64,000 nucleotides of DNA, taken from the NCBI GenBank assembly GCA_033286805.1, contig GCA_033286805.1_4727.1; one strand, given 5' to 3'. Under the pieces are notes generated by a model that saw nothing but the letters and a program-made list of their open reading frames with translations, was not told where the DNA came from and did no database searches. Made by a program: the position numbers and the translations under genes. Every line of letters starts with the position of its first letter. Position 1 is the first letter of the stretch. This stretch comes from a phage. Of the stretch, positions 28,557-38,629 are shown in pieces.

Positions 28557-28877
28557 TTATCTTCCACCGCGCAATGACTTTACGTTGCGCGCAATAAAGG
28601 GTGCGACGTAATCACGGAAATTATGAATCCATCCTTTAATGGGTTGGTTGTCTAGTAAGCACTCACGTACCGAAAACGTACTTACTTCTAATACACCAAA
28701 CTGTAGTCGCCAATAGCGATTGATTTCAGCTTGGGTATGTTCTAATGTCATGTACTCAGGAACACGAGCCAATAGGTCGTGTTTAAATTGCTCAGCAATC
28801 GCTGGTTGATGTGACGCAATTGTCTGCGTGATAACATCAATCAGTTCATGTGCATGCTTGATAGCAGGTGCGGTCAT
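28557..28877 (-). CDS. hypothetical protein (106 aa)
   Basis: ORF; its 3' end overlaps the open upstream frame of the SLOG gene. Confidence 0.45.
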   Translation of the reverse strand: MTAPAIKHAHELIDVITQTIASHQPAIAEQFKHDLLARVPEYMTLEHTQAEINRYWRLQFGVLEVSTFSVRECLLDNQPIKGWIHNFRDYVAPFIARNVKSLRGGR

Positions 28878-28889
28878 TTATTTAGCCTT

Positions 28890-30380
28890 TTATTTTTTAC
28901 TCGGACGATTCAATGCGGGTACCGGGTTCTTTGGTTGCTTTGTCTTTTCATCCATCCAGTACGGGAAGTACTCACCGGTACGCATACGCAATAAGTCCAT
29001 TGTGGACAGGAACGGCAGTGGGTTAGGATCGTCCAAATACGTCCAGTAACCACGCGTGTTTAACAATACATCCCAATCGAAACCTTTTGCTTTAAGATCG
29101 TCATACAGTTCCTGTGGGGTGCAATACAGCTGTGGGTTTTCGTAAACCTCTTGACGCCAGAGATTATGCATCTGACACAGCTCCGACGTGATTTCCAGAG
29201 CACGCTGTAAATACTCATCCTCTTCGCAGAGAGAACGAATGGTCGTACGCTGCAACGCAACATCCGGATAAATATCCAAATATACCGTTGAAGCGCCATC
29301 AGCTGATTTACCACCTGACGCATGCATACCCCAACCACGCATCCAATCTTTATCACGCAGGTAGTGGTATTCCGTTAACGATGGCTTAACCCCTTCGCTC
29401 TGACTAACCACAATCGGGAACGGTAAGCCGGTGGGTCCGTTTTTAGCACGCATGTTGAAGACTTGAATCAACTGCAGATCGGTATCCCCGATAAGGTTGT
29501 CACCAGGCCCACGCGGATAAAGGACGCGTTTATCGGCGTTCTGAAGAATCGTCAGTTTATCGATTTTCCAGAGGTTATTCGTATAAAACGTGAAGCGTTC
29601 CGGGACGTTCTTAAACTTCTCATCGCCCTTAAACCCTTTCAGTTTTCGTACCGGCTGCTGTCCCGGCATACCACCGACGTTTACACCATCACCAAGGTGG
29701 GCGGTCATGGTAATGTAGATACCCGCCGACGCTGTGAGTACTGGCATCTGTGATAAAATCTGGCTTTTCGCTGCTGCGGAACGCATCGCTTCAGCATTCA
29801 GTTTTGCACCACCGGCGGTTTCTTTATCAAACAACGCATCAACAGCATCGATTGGTAACCCAGAGAAACTGTCGATGAGTACAACGGTCGGCAACCACCA
29901 GGTATAGTTCTCACCGTGTTTATTAATAAACGGAACGGCTTTGCGTTGAGATTTATCTTTGACCTTATCGTCACGGAATTTCTTAATCGCATCAAACCAA
30001 ATGTTACCGCTCATCTGAACAGCATCGGTGATAAACACACGTTCTTCTTCGAAAAGATCGACACCTGCGATATTAGACATGTTCATCGCAAGCGTTAAGA
30101 TACGTGTTGTCGTTAACGACATTTCTGTGTCGTAAACGCTACTATTGCTGTTTGCGTAACGATCGATAACGCGTAACAAGCGAAACATTATGAACGTGGT
30201 TTTGTTCATGTTGCCGCGAGCGCCTGCGCCCTCAACAAGCATCATGCCGCCATTACAAATGCTTTCACCGTGTTTACCGACATAGTACCGACCACCAGAT
30301 GTGGGAATATCCATTAAGCAACCAATGTTGAGATTAAAACGCATCTCTTCACCAGGAGAAAGGTACTTATTAAGATTCAT
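28890..30380 (-). CDS. hypothetical protein (496 aa)
   Basis: Long ORF; only a degenerate P-loop-like GAGARGNMNKTT, no confident assignment. Confidence 0.5.
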   Translation of the reverse strand: MNLNKYLSPGEEMRFNLNIGCLMDIPTSGGRYYVGKHGESICNGGMMLVEGAGARGNMNKTTFIMFRLLRVIDRYANSNSSVYDTEMSLTTTRILTLAMNMSNIAGVDLFEEERVFITDAVQMSGNIWFDAIKKFRDDKVKDKSQRKAVPFINKHGENYTWWLPTVVLIDSFSGLPIDAVDALFDKETAGGAKLNAEAMRSAAAKSQILSQMPVLTASAGIYITMTAHLGDGVNVGGMPGQQPVRKLKGFKGDEKFKNVPERFTFYTNNLWKIDKLTILQNADKRVLYPRGPGDNLIGDTDLQLIQVFNMRAKNGPTGLPFPIVVSQSEGVKPSLTEYHYLRDKDWMRGWGMHASGGKSADGASTVYLDIYPDVALQRTTIRSLCEEDEYLQRALEITSELCQMHNLWRQEVYENPQLYCTPQELYDDLKAKGFDWDVLLNTRGYWTYLDDPNPLPFLSTMDLLRMRTGEYFPYWMDEKTKQPKNPVPALNRPSKK

Positions 30381-30478
30381 TGGGTAAAGACTCCTTCGAT
30401 TCTTCGACTAATTCTTAGTGTTCAGAGAATAACTATTTTTAGTTAAGACTGACAACCGCTATTTCCACGAGGACAATC

Positions 30479-31321
30479 ATGCATAAATTTACCATTCCTG
30501 AAGACCCGATTACACTGCAGACCCTTTGGGATTCACATCGTGCTTTATCAATGGAAGGCTTTGCGCAAGACTTCGCTTCACTTACCGCAGTAACGAACCT
30601 TCGTAGTATGTTTACCAACGGTAAGAAGTTTGTTACCGATTGGCTTAAGAAACGTGATGTGACGGTTTATCCTAAAGTTTTCGATGACCTCGACACCATC
30701 TTTAGCAACAACGCTTACAGCAATCTCATTGGGTATCGTGCTTTTATTCCGAATGGTTTAAATGCGCCGATGTCAGATTATGTTGTCGCTTTAACTCAGA
30801 GTCTGGATAGCGTAATTGGCACCATCCTACCCGATTTGGATAAGTTGACCGTAACGTGCGCTAAAGCCGTCAACGACGTTAACTTCCGCCGTAGTAGTGG
30901 TATGGCTCAAACGCTACCTAAAAACGATCCAGAGAACGTTCTAGAGACGTTACGTGCGATGTTCAAACAAGGGACGGTAACACAGACCACTGTAGGCCGT
31001 GCATATAAGAACGAAGATGATATTCGTCAGATCGGAAAAGATCTGGATGCTTCCCGTATCCGTGCGCTTGACGTTAATCCTAAAGACGTGAAGAAGGCAA
31101 TCGAACGTTTCATGGAGGTAGCTGACCGTTTAACCGAAATCCTGGTTCAAGACTACAACGAAGGTGCGGTGAGCAACGCGATGATTCGCGATATTAGCGA
31201 CGCTATCTACCAAACAGCCAAGCAGGCTGAACTGTACGCGTTTCTCGTGAACGCTTTGGCTGAGGCGATCATCGCATATAACGATACCTGGGACGCTGTT
31301 AAGAAGAACGCGAAAAAATAA
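30479..31321 (+). CDS. hypothetical protein (280 aa)
   Basis: Long ORF followed by a hairpin. Confidence 0.5.
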   Translation: MHKFTIPEDPITLQTLWDSHRALSMEGFAQDFASLTAVTNLRSMFTNGKKFVTDWLKKRDVTVYPKVFDDLDTIFSNNAYSNLIGYRAFIPNGLNAPMSDYVVALTQSLDSVIGTILPDLDKLTVTCAKAVNDVNFRRSSGMAQTLPKNDPENVLETLRAMFKQGTVTQTTVGRAYKNEDDIRQIGKDLDASRIRALDVNPKDVKKAIERFMEVADRLTEILVQDYNEGAVSNAMIRDISDAIYQTAKQAELYAFLVNALAEAIIAYNDTWDAVKKNAKK

Positions 31322-31329
31322 CATAATAA

Positions 31330-31365
31330 CCCACCCTACTACCCCGTTAAGGGCGGTAGGGTGGG
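31330..31365. terminator. Stem-loop (CCCACCCTAC...GTAGGGTGGG) between convergent genes, followed by TAAGGTTTATTTG
   Basis: 10-bp stem with inner CCCC-GTTAA-GGG. Confidence 0.55.
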
Positions 31366-31372
31366 ATAAGGT

Positions 31373-31804
31373 TTATTTGCCGTATAGTTGTACCACTCGT
31401 TGTGTCGTAGGAACGCAGACTCTTACCAGAAGCTTTTTAATCTCCTGACGAATCGTTGCTTTATCATCATAATAAAGCCATGGCGGAACGCGTTGCATTA
31501 TGCACTGCACGGCTTCATCGTAGTTCGCCGTCTCATTAAGTAACGTCTCACTATCCAGATCTTTCCATGCAGTAATACCAAGTCGCGCAGCAAACATCAA
31601 CGCTGAAACCGACTCAGCTATCTCCAATCGCTCATTCATATCCGCAAGACCTTTTAGCATGATGTAATTATCATCATGCTGATGTAAGGTGCCATACAAA
31701 CTTCCGAAGAGAAGTATACGTTTAGCTTTTGCGGTTAAGAGGAACGACAGGAGAGCGTGTTTCAACGGTTGTTTCTCACGTTCTACCTGTTCGACCATCA
31801 CCAT
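31373..31804 (-). CDS. hypothetical protein (143 aa)
   Basis: ORF, 3-nt gap to the upstream RNase H gene. Confidence 0.5.
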   Translation of the reverse strand: MVMVEQVEREKQPLKHALLSFLLTAKAKRILLFGSLYGTLHQHDDNYIMLKGLADMNERLEIAESVSALMFAARLGITAWKDLDSETLLNETANYDEAVQCIMQRVPPWLYYDDKATIRQEIKKLLVRVCVPTTQRVVQLYGK

Positions 31805-31807
31805 TGA

Positions 31808-33346
31808 TTACTCCAACACATAACGTGGGTTACTGTATATGTTAGCCCATATACCAACGTCGGCACCTGACTCAATAATCACAGCGAAACGAAACGCAAC
31901 ATCAGACTCGCGATATGTTACCGCGTACGCTTTCGTTTCCGGTGATGCTAAATAGCTCAAGTTCAGACGTTGAGGCAGGTCTAACCCCAAGGACATGGTA
32001 CAAGACGTAACACCCTGCTTATCGGGGTTCAGTCTGTAATTCACATCCACCTTCAGGCTTTTCGTAACCTGCGTAATCGCACTATGCACTTTGGTCACCG
32101 TTTTGCCTTTCTTATCCTTTTCTGTTTCGAAAAGAACGTCGGTGATTTCGGTTACAACCAGACGCGGTGTGGATTCGCGGTTAGCATCAAGCCATTCATC
32201 CAGTAACGTCTTTAAGAAGTTCAAGGAATCAATCGCACGCCAAGCAAGGTTAGGTGGATTGCACGCTTCCATTAAAATGGCTGTGTTCGATCCACCTAGC
32301 GGAAGATGCACGCTCTTACCGAGGCCCGTCGGACGCATCGTAAGATCGCACTCACCCTCAAGAATATCGCGATGATATTGACGATGATGAAGGTTATCCG
32401 TGTATGCGATATACACTGACTCCGTTGTCCCATGCTCTAATACCCGAGATGCATGCGTACGCATAATCTCAACAGCGTCATCCGGCTTACTTAAATAGAT
32501 AACACTATACGCACTATCGCTAATCCTTTTCCCTAACTCAAGACGTCCCTTGTTGTCTTTATCGGTGTTACCACCGAAATAGATGTAGCGGCCATCTTTC
32601 GCACGCTCTTGCTGCTGGTTGGTGGTAAAGTAGCAGCGTGAGAACGTAAAGAACGGGCTTATTTCCGGTTCGGGGCTCCAATACCCCTTAGCTGGAAGTT
32701 CGCGGCGTATTTGGGTTCTTACAGCCCAGTCCTGGTTTTGTGACAGATATGTTCCACGCGTTGCCAGCATATCCGCACGTTCGTTACCAACATTGCCCTC
32801 GTGTCCAGGAACATAGCGCAGCGAAATATCGATAGCGTCGCGCTTCGCATCCCTTATCGCGCTATCGAGTTTCCGCCACCGTTCCGCATTCATTAACGGT
32901 TTATTGTCGGATTTAACCCAGTTGTTCTCTCGCCAATTAGCAAGATGGTTGGTGGCACCTACAACAACATATTGGCTGTCCGACAACAGCTGGATCCGTT
33001 TTGCCCCCTTTGCTTTTCCAAGTTCAATCGCACGTATTGCAGCATCCAACTCAGCCTGATTGTTCGTTACGTTGAAACCCAAAGCCTCTAACTCGTCCAC
33101 GTATTCCTTGGGTTCGACCAGCACAGCGTCTTTAGGAAAGTCGAGTTTAGGGTCAACATAACCGTATTGCGTTGGTTTGGGCTTCCCACTTTTTGAGGGT
33201 TCCAAGGTGCCTTTTATTTCTTTCACCATATCGTAGGTGTAGCCGTGCACGCCGTAGCCACCATACCCACTCGATGTTGGACGGGATCCTCCATCACAGT
33301 AGAAAACGGCACCGAGCTCAGTATTTCCTGCCATTGTAAACCTCAT
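31808..33346 (-). CDS. rnhA: RNase HI-like ribonuclease with about 300-aa C-terminal extension
   Basis: N-terminal YCDGGSR, NQAELDAAIRAIE, LLSDSQYVV, YVPGHEGNVGNERAD match the RNase HI catalytic D-E-D-H-D arrangement. Confidence 0.8.
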   Translation of the reverse strand: MRFTMAGNTELGAVFYCDGGSRPTSSGYGGYGVHGYTYDMVKEIKGTLEPSKSGKPKPTQYGYVDPKLDFPKDAVLVEPKEYVDELEALGFNVTNNQAELDAAIRAIELGKAKGAKRIQLLSDSQYVVVGATNHLANWRENNWVKSDNKPLMNAERWRKLDSAIRDAKRDAIDISLRYVPGHEGNVGNERADMLATRGTYLSQNQDWAVRTQIRRELPAKGYWSPEPEISPFFTFSRCYFTTNQQQERAKDGRYIYFGGNTDKDNKGRLELGKRISDSAYSVIYLSKPDDAVEIMRTHASRVLEHGTTESVYIAYTDNLHHRQYHRDILEGECDLTMRPTGLGKSVHLPLGGSNTAILMEACNPPNLAWRAIDSLNFLKTLLDEWLDANRESTPRLVVTEITDVLFETEKDKKGKTVTKVHSAITQVTKSLKVDVNYRLNPDKQGVTSCTMSLGLDLPQRLNLSYLASPETKAYAVTYRESDVAFRFAVIIESGADVGIWANIYSNPRYVLE

Positions 33347-33384
33347 TAATCATTGTCCGTATGATAGCCCAAAGTTGTACGGTA

Positions 33385-33936
33385 TTACCGATTACCGTCG
33401 GTTGACGTTGGTTGATCGCGATCGACTTTCATTGACCGCAGTTTTCCGCCGTTAATTACACATTGATTGCGTTGTTTGGCGGAGGTCAGACTATTACAGA
33501 CGTAATAGGTATCGATAAAACGTTCAACGCGTTCTTGAAACTCCCTCTCGTCAACTTTATCTTTTTCAAAGGTTCGTAACGCTCGATCAACCTCACCCTG
33601 GAGAATCCGGTTCTGTTCAACCATACTGTCGATTAAACGGCCTCTTACTTCGTTCGATGTGTAGAGTTGACGAATCAGTTCTCGGTTGGTGTCTCGTGCA
33701 TAACGCAATGTTGCATTTTCCTGACGTAAACTAGTCACGTCAGCCATCAAGGTAATGATTTTTTCGCCAGCAAATAACGTCACGATACCCAATACGATGA
33801 AAAAGCCCGTAATCAAGAATATCGAGGACTGTCGAGCTCCATCTCGACGATAGCGTGTGGGCGGTCGCTTACTTCGCCGAAACAACTCGCGAAGAAAAGG
33901 GAAAAGCCAGGGCAACGCCTTGAGTGTAGTAAACAT
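33385..33936 (-). CDS. membrane/coiled-coil protein (about 183 aa)
   Basis: Start placed at ATG 33936 with AAGGA RBS; hydrophobic helix FLITGFFIVLGIVTLFAG then coiled-coil-like segment. Confidence 0.5.
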   Translation of the reverse strand: MFTTLKALPWLFPFLRELFRRSKRPPTRYRRDGARQSSIFLITGFFIVLGIVTLFAGEKIITLMADVTSLRQENATLRYARDTNRELIRQLYTSNEVRGRLIDSMVEQNRILQGEVDRALRTFEKDKVDEREFQERVERFIDTYYVCNSLTSAKQRNQCVINGGKLRSMKVDRDQPTSTDGNR

Positions 33937-33990
33937 GCGTGTGTCCTTGATAGTATGAAATTTCCAATACAACTTAACCGAGGACGTCGA

Positions 33991-35331
33991 ATGATTAGTA
34001 TTTTTGGTTTTTATACGTACAAAGGGTACGCTAATAACCACCCAAAAACCACGGCGAAATTCGGTGAGTTCAGTCAGCACAGTGCTACGTTCAGTCGCGA
34101 AATCGGCATCTATACCAACACGGCGTACGCACGTACGACCTTATTAGTGTTGAATGCCGAAAACGAAGCTGGTGAAGCACAAACGCTGAATGACGACACC
34201 GCAGGCCGTATTCTTCAGGTTGGTCAATGGTTGCTGGAAAAAGCCGCATCGGGCGAAATCCAAGATGACCGAGACCAAGTTATTGGCTACCTAAAAGACG
34301 ACTTCACAACGTATTTGGATTCTATCGACATCCCGACACCCACCACCGATGGGAACGTCTATCTACCGGCGTGGATCAGTTTCAAGATAACCGCCACGGG
34401 TGATGTTGTCAAGATATGGCTGTCTGATAGCGTATTCCAAAGTCAATATCCAAAATACGAATACGAAGTCGTTCCTCCTGTTCCTAAGGATCAGTTAGAC
34501 ACCTTCTTCGAAGATCTGGCAACGTTGAAGAAACTGGTTGACAGTCGAAGCAGCGAGAAACTGACCGAAGAAATCAACGAGGTGCGCGACCAATTCCCAG
34601 ACACACAATTGTGGACGAAAACCTATAAAGCGTACGATTACACCGACGATTCGAAGTACATTGATACCGATTGGACGGTGATTATCTACGGTGCAGCAGG
34701 TAACAATATTGATAATATCAAGGAGTTCCTGCAAAACTGGATTCTTAGCAATAGCACGCATGGACGCCCAGACTGGGAAATCGTTCTGCCGGATCTTTTT
34801 ATCCCGACAGAACACATCTTCATTCCAATCTGGAACCGCCACAGCGCTCCGGAGATGACCAATCAGGCACGTATCTATAGTCCCATCTTCGATGATTCGT
34901 TGATGGATACCTACCTGAAAAACTTTGCTGATGGTTACGGCGAAACCGCCGAAGTCCGTAAGTCGCTTCAAGCGGTGCCGACGTTGTGGCGCTCGATCGG
35001 TTTCTTAAGTGTTGGTAACTCACGTAACCGTGATGGTAAACTTAAGTTCTACGACCGCTGGCCACAATACGCGCTCATCAGCACAACCAGCATCGACATT
35101 AACCGTATCGACGATGCGACACGTGAATTCATCACCTTCACTTACGAAATGCTGAAACTGGCAGAATCGCTGACCGAAGACGACCCGGTACCGTTGGGTT
35201 ATAGTCGTGTTACGCGTGGTAGCAATAGCTTCTTAGCGAAAAGCCATAACGATGTTCAGTATCTCTTCTTAACAAAAGAAGCGTTCCTGAAGAAAATGCC
35301 GGATGAAGCCGACACGCCTGTTGGAGGTTGA
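33991..35331 (+). CDS. hypothetical protein (about 446 aa)
   Basis: Start placed at ATG 33991 with GAGGA RBS (ORF-track start 33955 would overlap the divergent gene). Confidence 0.5.
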   Translation: MISIFGFYTYKGYANNHPKTTAKFGEFSQHSATFSREIGIYTNTAYARTTLLVLNAENEAGEAQTLNDDTAGRILQVGQWLLEKAASGEIQDDRDQVIGYLKDDFTTYLDSIDIPTPTTDGNVYLPAWISFKITATGDVVKIWLSDSVFQSQYPKYEYEVVPPVPKDQLDTFFEDLATLKKLVDSRSSEKLTEEINEVRDQFPDTQLWTKTYKAYDYTDDSKYIDTDWTVIIYGAAGNNIDNIKEFLQNWILSNSTHGRPDWEIVLPDLFIPTEHIFIPIWNRHSAPEMTNQARIYSPIFDDSLMDTYLKNFADGYGETAEVRKSLQAVPTLWRSIGFLSVGNSRNRDGKLKFYDRWPQYALISTTSIDINRIDDATREFITFTYEMLKLAESLTEDDPVPLGYSRVTRGSNSFLAKSHNDVQYLFLTKEAFLKKMPDEADTPVGG

Positions 35332-35960
35332 TTATGGCTGTAACACGCATGACGCCAAGTCCCGGTGCGGTCGGGGTATTCACAGTATCAGCGCCGTTTT
35401 CCGTTGGTGCGTCAACGCTATATACCGTTACAGCGTTACGCCGATTCAGCGAAGTCATCGGTAGTGGAATCGATCTATTTACGGAACTGTACGAACCGTT
35501 ATCAATAGACAAATCCACTTTCGAAGCGCATCTCGAAGCGAATGCTTATCTCGTCACGTTGCAACCGGATTATGGTGCGCCCGTACTGGTACCTGATACG
35601 TATATCACGTCGTACCCAAAGAACGATTCCTTGCGGTATCGTCGCATTATTCTGGGTATCGATTTCGGGCCTCTTCCTCCCGGTCTTGACCTTTCGTATT
35701 TAACAACGATATTGAAAGGTAAGGCCAGTGATATTCTTGGTGTCGAACCTGAAGTTAAAACGATGGAAATCACTCTCGATGATACCGTTACTCAGGAACA
35801 ACATCAGATAAACGAAGCCCGTCGTCAGGCTGCGATAAAAGAGCGGGATACCATTTACGCACGCTGTGAAACGCAAGAGAAGCAGATAACGGCTTTACTT
35901 GCAACCCAAAAGCAACTTATCAAATTGCTTCAAGACGCCGGTATCAATCCGACACCTTAA
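35328..35960 (+). CDS. hypothetical protein (210 aa)
   Basis: ORF overlapping the upstream stop (ATGA). Confidence 0.5.
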   Translation: MIMAVTRMTPSPGAVGVFTVSAPFSVGASTLYTVTALRRFSEVIGSGIDLFTELYEPLSIDKSTFEAHLEANAYLVTLQPDYGAPVLVPDTYITSYPKNDSLRYRRIILGIDFGPLPPGLDLSYLTTILKGKASDILGVEPEVKTMEITLDDTVTQEQHQINEARRQAAIKERDTIYARCETQEKQITALLATQKQLIKLLQDAGINPTP

Positions 35961-35966
35961 CATATT

Positions 35967-35998
35967 CCCTCCTCCTTCCCTGTTGGGTTGGAGGAGGG
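35967..35998. terminator. Conserved stem-loop family member in inverted orientation (CCCTCCTCC...GGAGGAGGG) between convergent genes
   Basis: Reverse complement is nearly identical to the hairpins at 51964 and 63924. Confidence 0.55.
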
Positions 35999-36070
35999 TT
36001 ATGCCGTCAAGCAAAAAAAAAAAAATGATAGTCACAGGCTCTCCAATGAAGGAGAGCCGTGACCGTCAGT

Positions 36071-36772
36071 TTAAGATGCAGATAATCTCGCGTACTTCTG
36101 GCGAACATGGTTCTTACGGCGAACTTCGTCGTCCTCGTCACGCCATTCGAGGTAAGCAACGAATCGACGTAACTGCGCCGCCGTCATCGTTGACGAGCGG
36201 TCTTCTACGTCTAGAACAACGTAACGAACATCACCAACACCATCGCAATCAACGTAACTGAATACCAAAAGACCATCACCGTATTCAACGATGGTAACTT
36301 CGAATCGTTTATTGAACAAATAAAACAGTTCCGATTCAATGATCATCGGAATGACGCATAAATCAGCACGATTGAGGATTTCCATCATCACCCGTAACGC
36401 GCGAGGAGTATGGCGAGCGAACTGGTCGTTAAAACGTTGTTTCATCGCTTGTTCCACGCCATCTGTTTTTGTTCCAAACCAAGGACGTATTACAGATTTC
36501 GGTGGTGTGAGACGAAAGCGATATGCTTGTATAAACAACAGAATATCAGCGACGTTAGGAAATTCTTCCTGGTCTTCGTATATCTTGCGGATAATATCCG
36601 GAATCGTAACCATCAAGTATTTCTTATCGCCTCCCACTTTCTCGAGATTAGCAATATGTCCTTCTACCATAGGCTGGTAAACGAAATTATACCAATGACG
36701 GTATCTTTCGGTGCGTTGGTAGTTTGGGATAAAATTAAGAATAATACTCACTGCGCGTTTTAATGGGTTCAT
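36071..36772 (-). CDS. hypothetical protein (233 aa)
   Basis: Long ORF. Confidence 0.5.
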   Translation of the reverse strand: MNPLKRAVSIILNFIPNYQRTERYRHWYNFVYQPMVEGHIANLEKVGGDKKYLMVTIPDIIRKIYEDQEEFPNVADILLFIQAYRFRLTPPKSVIRPWFGTKTDGVEQAMKQRFNDQFARHTPRALRVMMEILNRADLCVIPMIIESELFYLFNKRFEVTIVEYGDGLLVFSYVDCDGVGDVRYVVLDVEDRSSTMTAAQLRRFVAYLEWRDEDDEVRRKNHVRQKYARLSAS

Positions 36773-36786
36773 CGGAAGGATCCTTC

Positions 36787-37221
36787 TTATGTTTTAATAT
36801 GCACATCGTCAATCCCCTCGGTAATCCAGCCGATGGGAAGGACAATCGTTGTTATCGTGTTATGGGTGTAATGATTGAGAAAGTGGAAATAGTAATTTTT
36901 GTTAGACTGTTCGATCCGTAGGTCGAGGTGCGCGTCTTCAGGTAACCGTAACCAAGCACCGTACAGTTCATTAAACTTACGCTGAATTTTACCGGGGTTC
37001 ATTGGAACCCCACGACCACGACGATGTAGCTGACGTAATGATTCAATCAAACACTCAGAGATACCCGTTGTCGTTCCGTTATCGCTTGTATCAATAACGA
37101 TGAACTCTCGTGACCCACGACCGAGATAAAAGCCAGCGACAAAAGCTGCAGCAACAAAAATTATCGTACCGATACCAATATACCAATAGTAAGTATCCAT
37201 AACGACCTCACTTATACCCAA
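36787..37221 (-). CDS. small membrane protein (about 140 aa)
   Basis: N-terminal hydrophobic helix YYWYIGIGTIIFVAAAFVAGFYLG. Confidence 0.5.
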   Translation of the reverse strand: MGISEVVMDTYYWYIGIGTIIFVAAAFVAGFYLGRGSREFIVIDTSDNGTTTGISECLIESLRQLHRRGRGVPMNPGKIQRKFNELYGAWLRLPEDAHLDLRIEQSNKNYYFHFLNHYTHNTITTIVLPIGWITEGIDDVHIKT

Positions 37222-37787
37222 TAGTCGGCAAGCGGTTTTACCTTATTAATGGGCAACTGTACTTTACCGATGTTCTCTACATCCGCATCAGCGTAGAGAA
37301 CAATTTTATCATCGTCTCTTTCCCAACGAATAATAAATCGACCAGGAAGAAGATTACTCTGTTCAAGAGACGCAGTAACCTGCTGCGTCAAAACAGACAA
37401 CCAAGCAGGCATCAATGTTGCAATATCTAAGTCATTTGACCACTCAGCACGTTGCTCCACTGGACGTAACATACGTTCGACGGTGCGTTGAACCGTTGCG
37501 GTGATATAGCCTTTATCTTCGTCACTGATTGGATCAGGACGAGACACAAAACGTTCAGCAGGCTTGTGGGTAATATATTCATGCAAATCGATGAGTGGTG
37601 TTGTCATAGTACTCGCTCCATCAGAATGTAATTGGGTAACCCGTAGGGTTGTCTGCATGCTATTCAGAAGCGCAAAAGCGCCATAAACAACAACGATACC
37701 AAGTATAGCCAAAACAGAAATCATTAACGTGTATTGCATTGTCATCTCCCCTACATACGCATCTTGAAGATCGGTTAAAAACAACAA
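37212..37787 (-). CDS. membrane protein (about 190 aa)
   Basis: N-terminal hydrophobic helix LMISVLAILGIVVVYGAFALL. Confidence 0.5.
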   Translation of the reverse strand: MLFLTDLQDAYVGEMTMQYTLMISVLAILGIVVVYGAFALLNSMQTTLRVTQLHSDGASTMTTPLIDLHEYITHKPAERFVSRPDPISDEDKGYITATVQRTVERMLRPVEQRAEWSNDLDIATLMPAWLSVLTQQVTASLEQSNLLPGRFIIRWERDDDKIVLYADADVENIGKVQLPINKVKPLADYWV

Positions 37788-37840
37788 AAGAAAAAACGAT
37801 ATAAAGCAAGGTCCTCTGATATCAGAGGACCTTGGATCAA

Positions 37841-38497
37841 TTAGCTTGCAGCTTCTTCATTTGTATCAGGTTTGCTTCCCCCTAACAAACCGTCAAACAG
37901 ACCCGTATGTTTCAGGTAGAAGAGAGCGATAGCGCCCATTGCTGCTGCGCTCGTCGCCGTTAACGCAACCCCAGCACGATACTGCCATTTACGGTCAGGC
38001 TTTTGATCAAGAGCCATACGACGCATGTATTCAGCCTCTGCTTCATTCCGATGAATTTCGGATTCAGCCAAGCGGGCTAAGGTATCGCGGTCAAGGTTAT
38101 CATAACGTACGTTCATGGTGGTTTCCTCTTGTTTGGAAGTTGATTGCTTAGTGGATTCTTGGTCAACAGTCGTTTCAGATGGTTCAAACGGCTGGTTGTT
38201 CATTTTCTGATCTTTATTGGTCATGATAGACTCCTTCGATTTTTGAGATGAAATTGATTTAAACCATCGTGGATGGCGGTATTCAGTTTTACATGTGCAG
38301 TTAAGTTTCTCGTGCAGGAAAGCGTAAAAACGTTTTGCGCCTACACGTAAGGCTTTCAGCATTACCCATCCACGAGCACTCAAACGGTGTAGCTGTTGCG
38401 GTATGTCTAGTTTCCTAGCCAAGCGAAAGTATCTTTCAATCACTTCGATAGGAAACCATTGTTGTTCCACATCGGTGAGACTGAAAGTCTTATCCAT
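37841..38497 (-). CDS. hypothetical protein with C-terminal transmembrane helix (possibly two genes, internal start near 38224)
   Basis: Internal ATG at 38224 preceded by AAGGAG; C-terminal hydrophobic GVALTATSAAAMGAIALFYL. Confidence 0.45.
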   Translation of the reverse strand: MDKTFSLTDVEQQWFPIEVIERYFRLARKLDIPQQLHRLSARGWVMLKALRVGAKRFYAFLHEKLNCTCKTEYRHPRWFKSISSQKSKESIMTNKDQKMNNQPFEPSETTVDQESTKQSTSKQEETTMNVRYDNLDRDTLARLAESEIHRNEAEAEYMRRMALDQKPDRKWQYRAGVALTATSAAAMGAIALFYLKHTGLFDGLLGGSKPDTNEEAAS

Positions 38498-38519
38498 GAA
38501 TGAAATCTCGCTGGCTTAC

Positions 38520-38541
38520 TTCACTTAAGTAATATAGCCGT
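38520..38541 (-). promoter_or_regulatory. Promoter-like conserved motif, copy 3 (tcacttaagtaatatagccgtg)
   Basis: Near-identical over about 24 nt to copy 4 at 51230; 23 nt upstream of the minus gene start at 38497. Confidence 0.45.
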
Positions 38542-38629
38542 GAAAAATGTTGGAATAAGTTAAATACCGCAACCGCAGCTAATTTTATAGGCTTTTAGCC
38601 TAAACCAATCATCTTCGGAATCATCATCT

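Noticed and set aside
28557-28611. Programmed -1 frameshift fusing the 106-aa ORF to the SLOG domain
   Set aside because: The overlap has no canonical X-XXY-YYZ slippery heptamer in the correct register and no obvious downstream stimulatory structure; kept only as a gene-model uncertainty.
28890-30380. RecA-like or ligase-like function for the 496-aa ORF
   Set aside because: Only degenerate P-loop-like (GAGARGNMNKTT) and KxxG-like strings are present, and neither matches Walker A or nucleotidyltransferase motif I properly.
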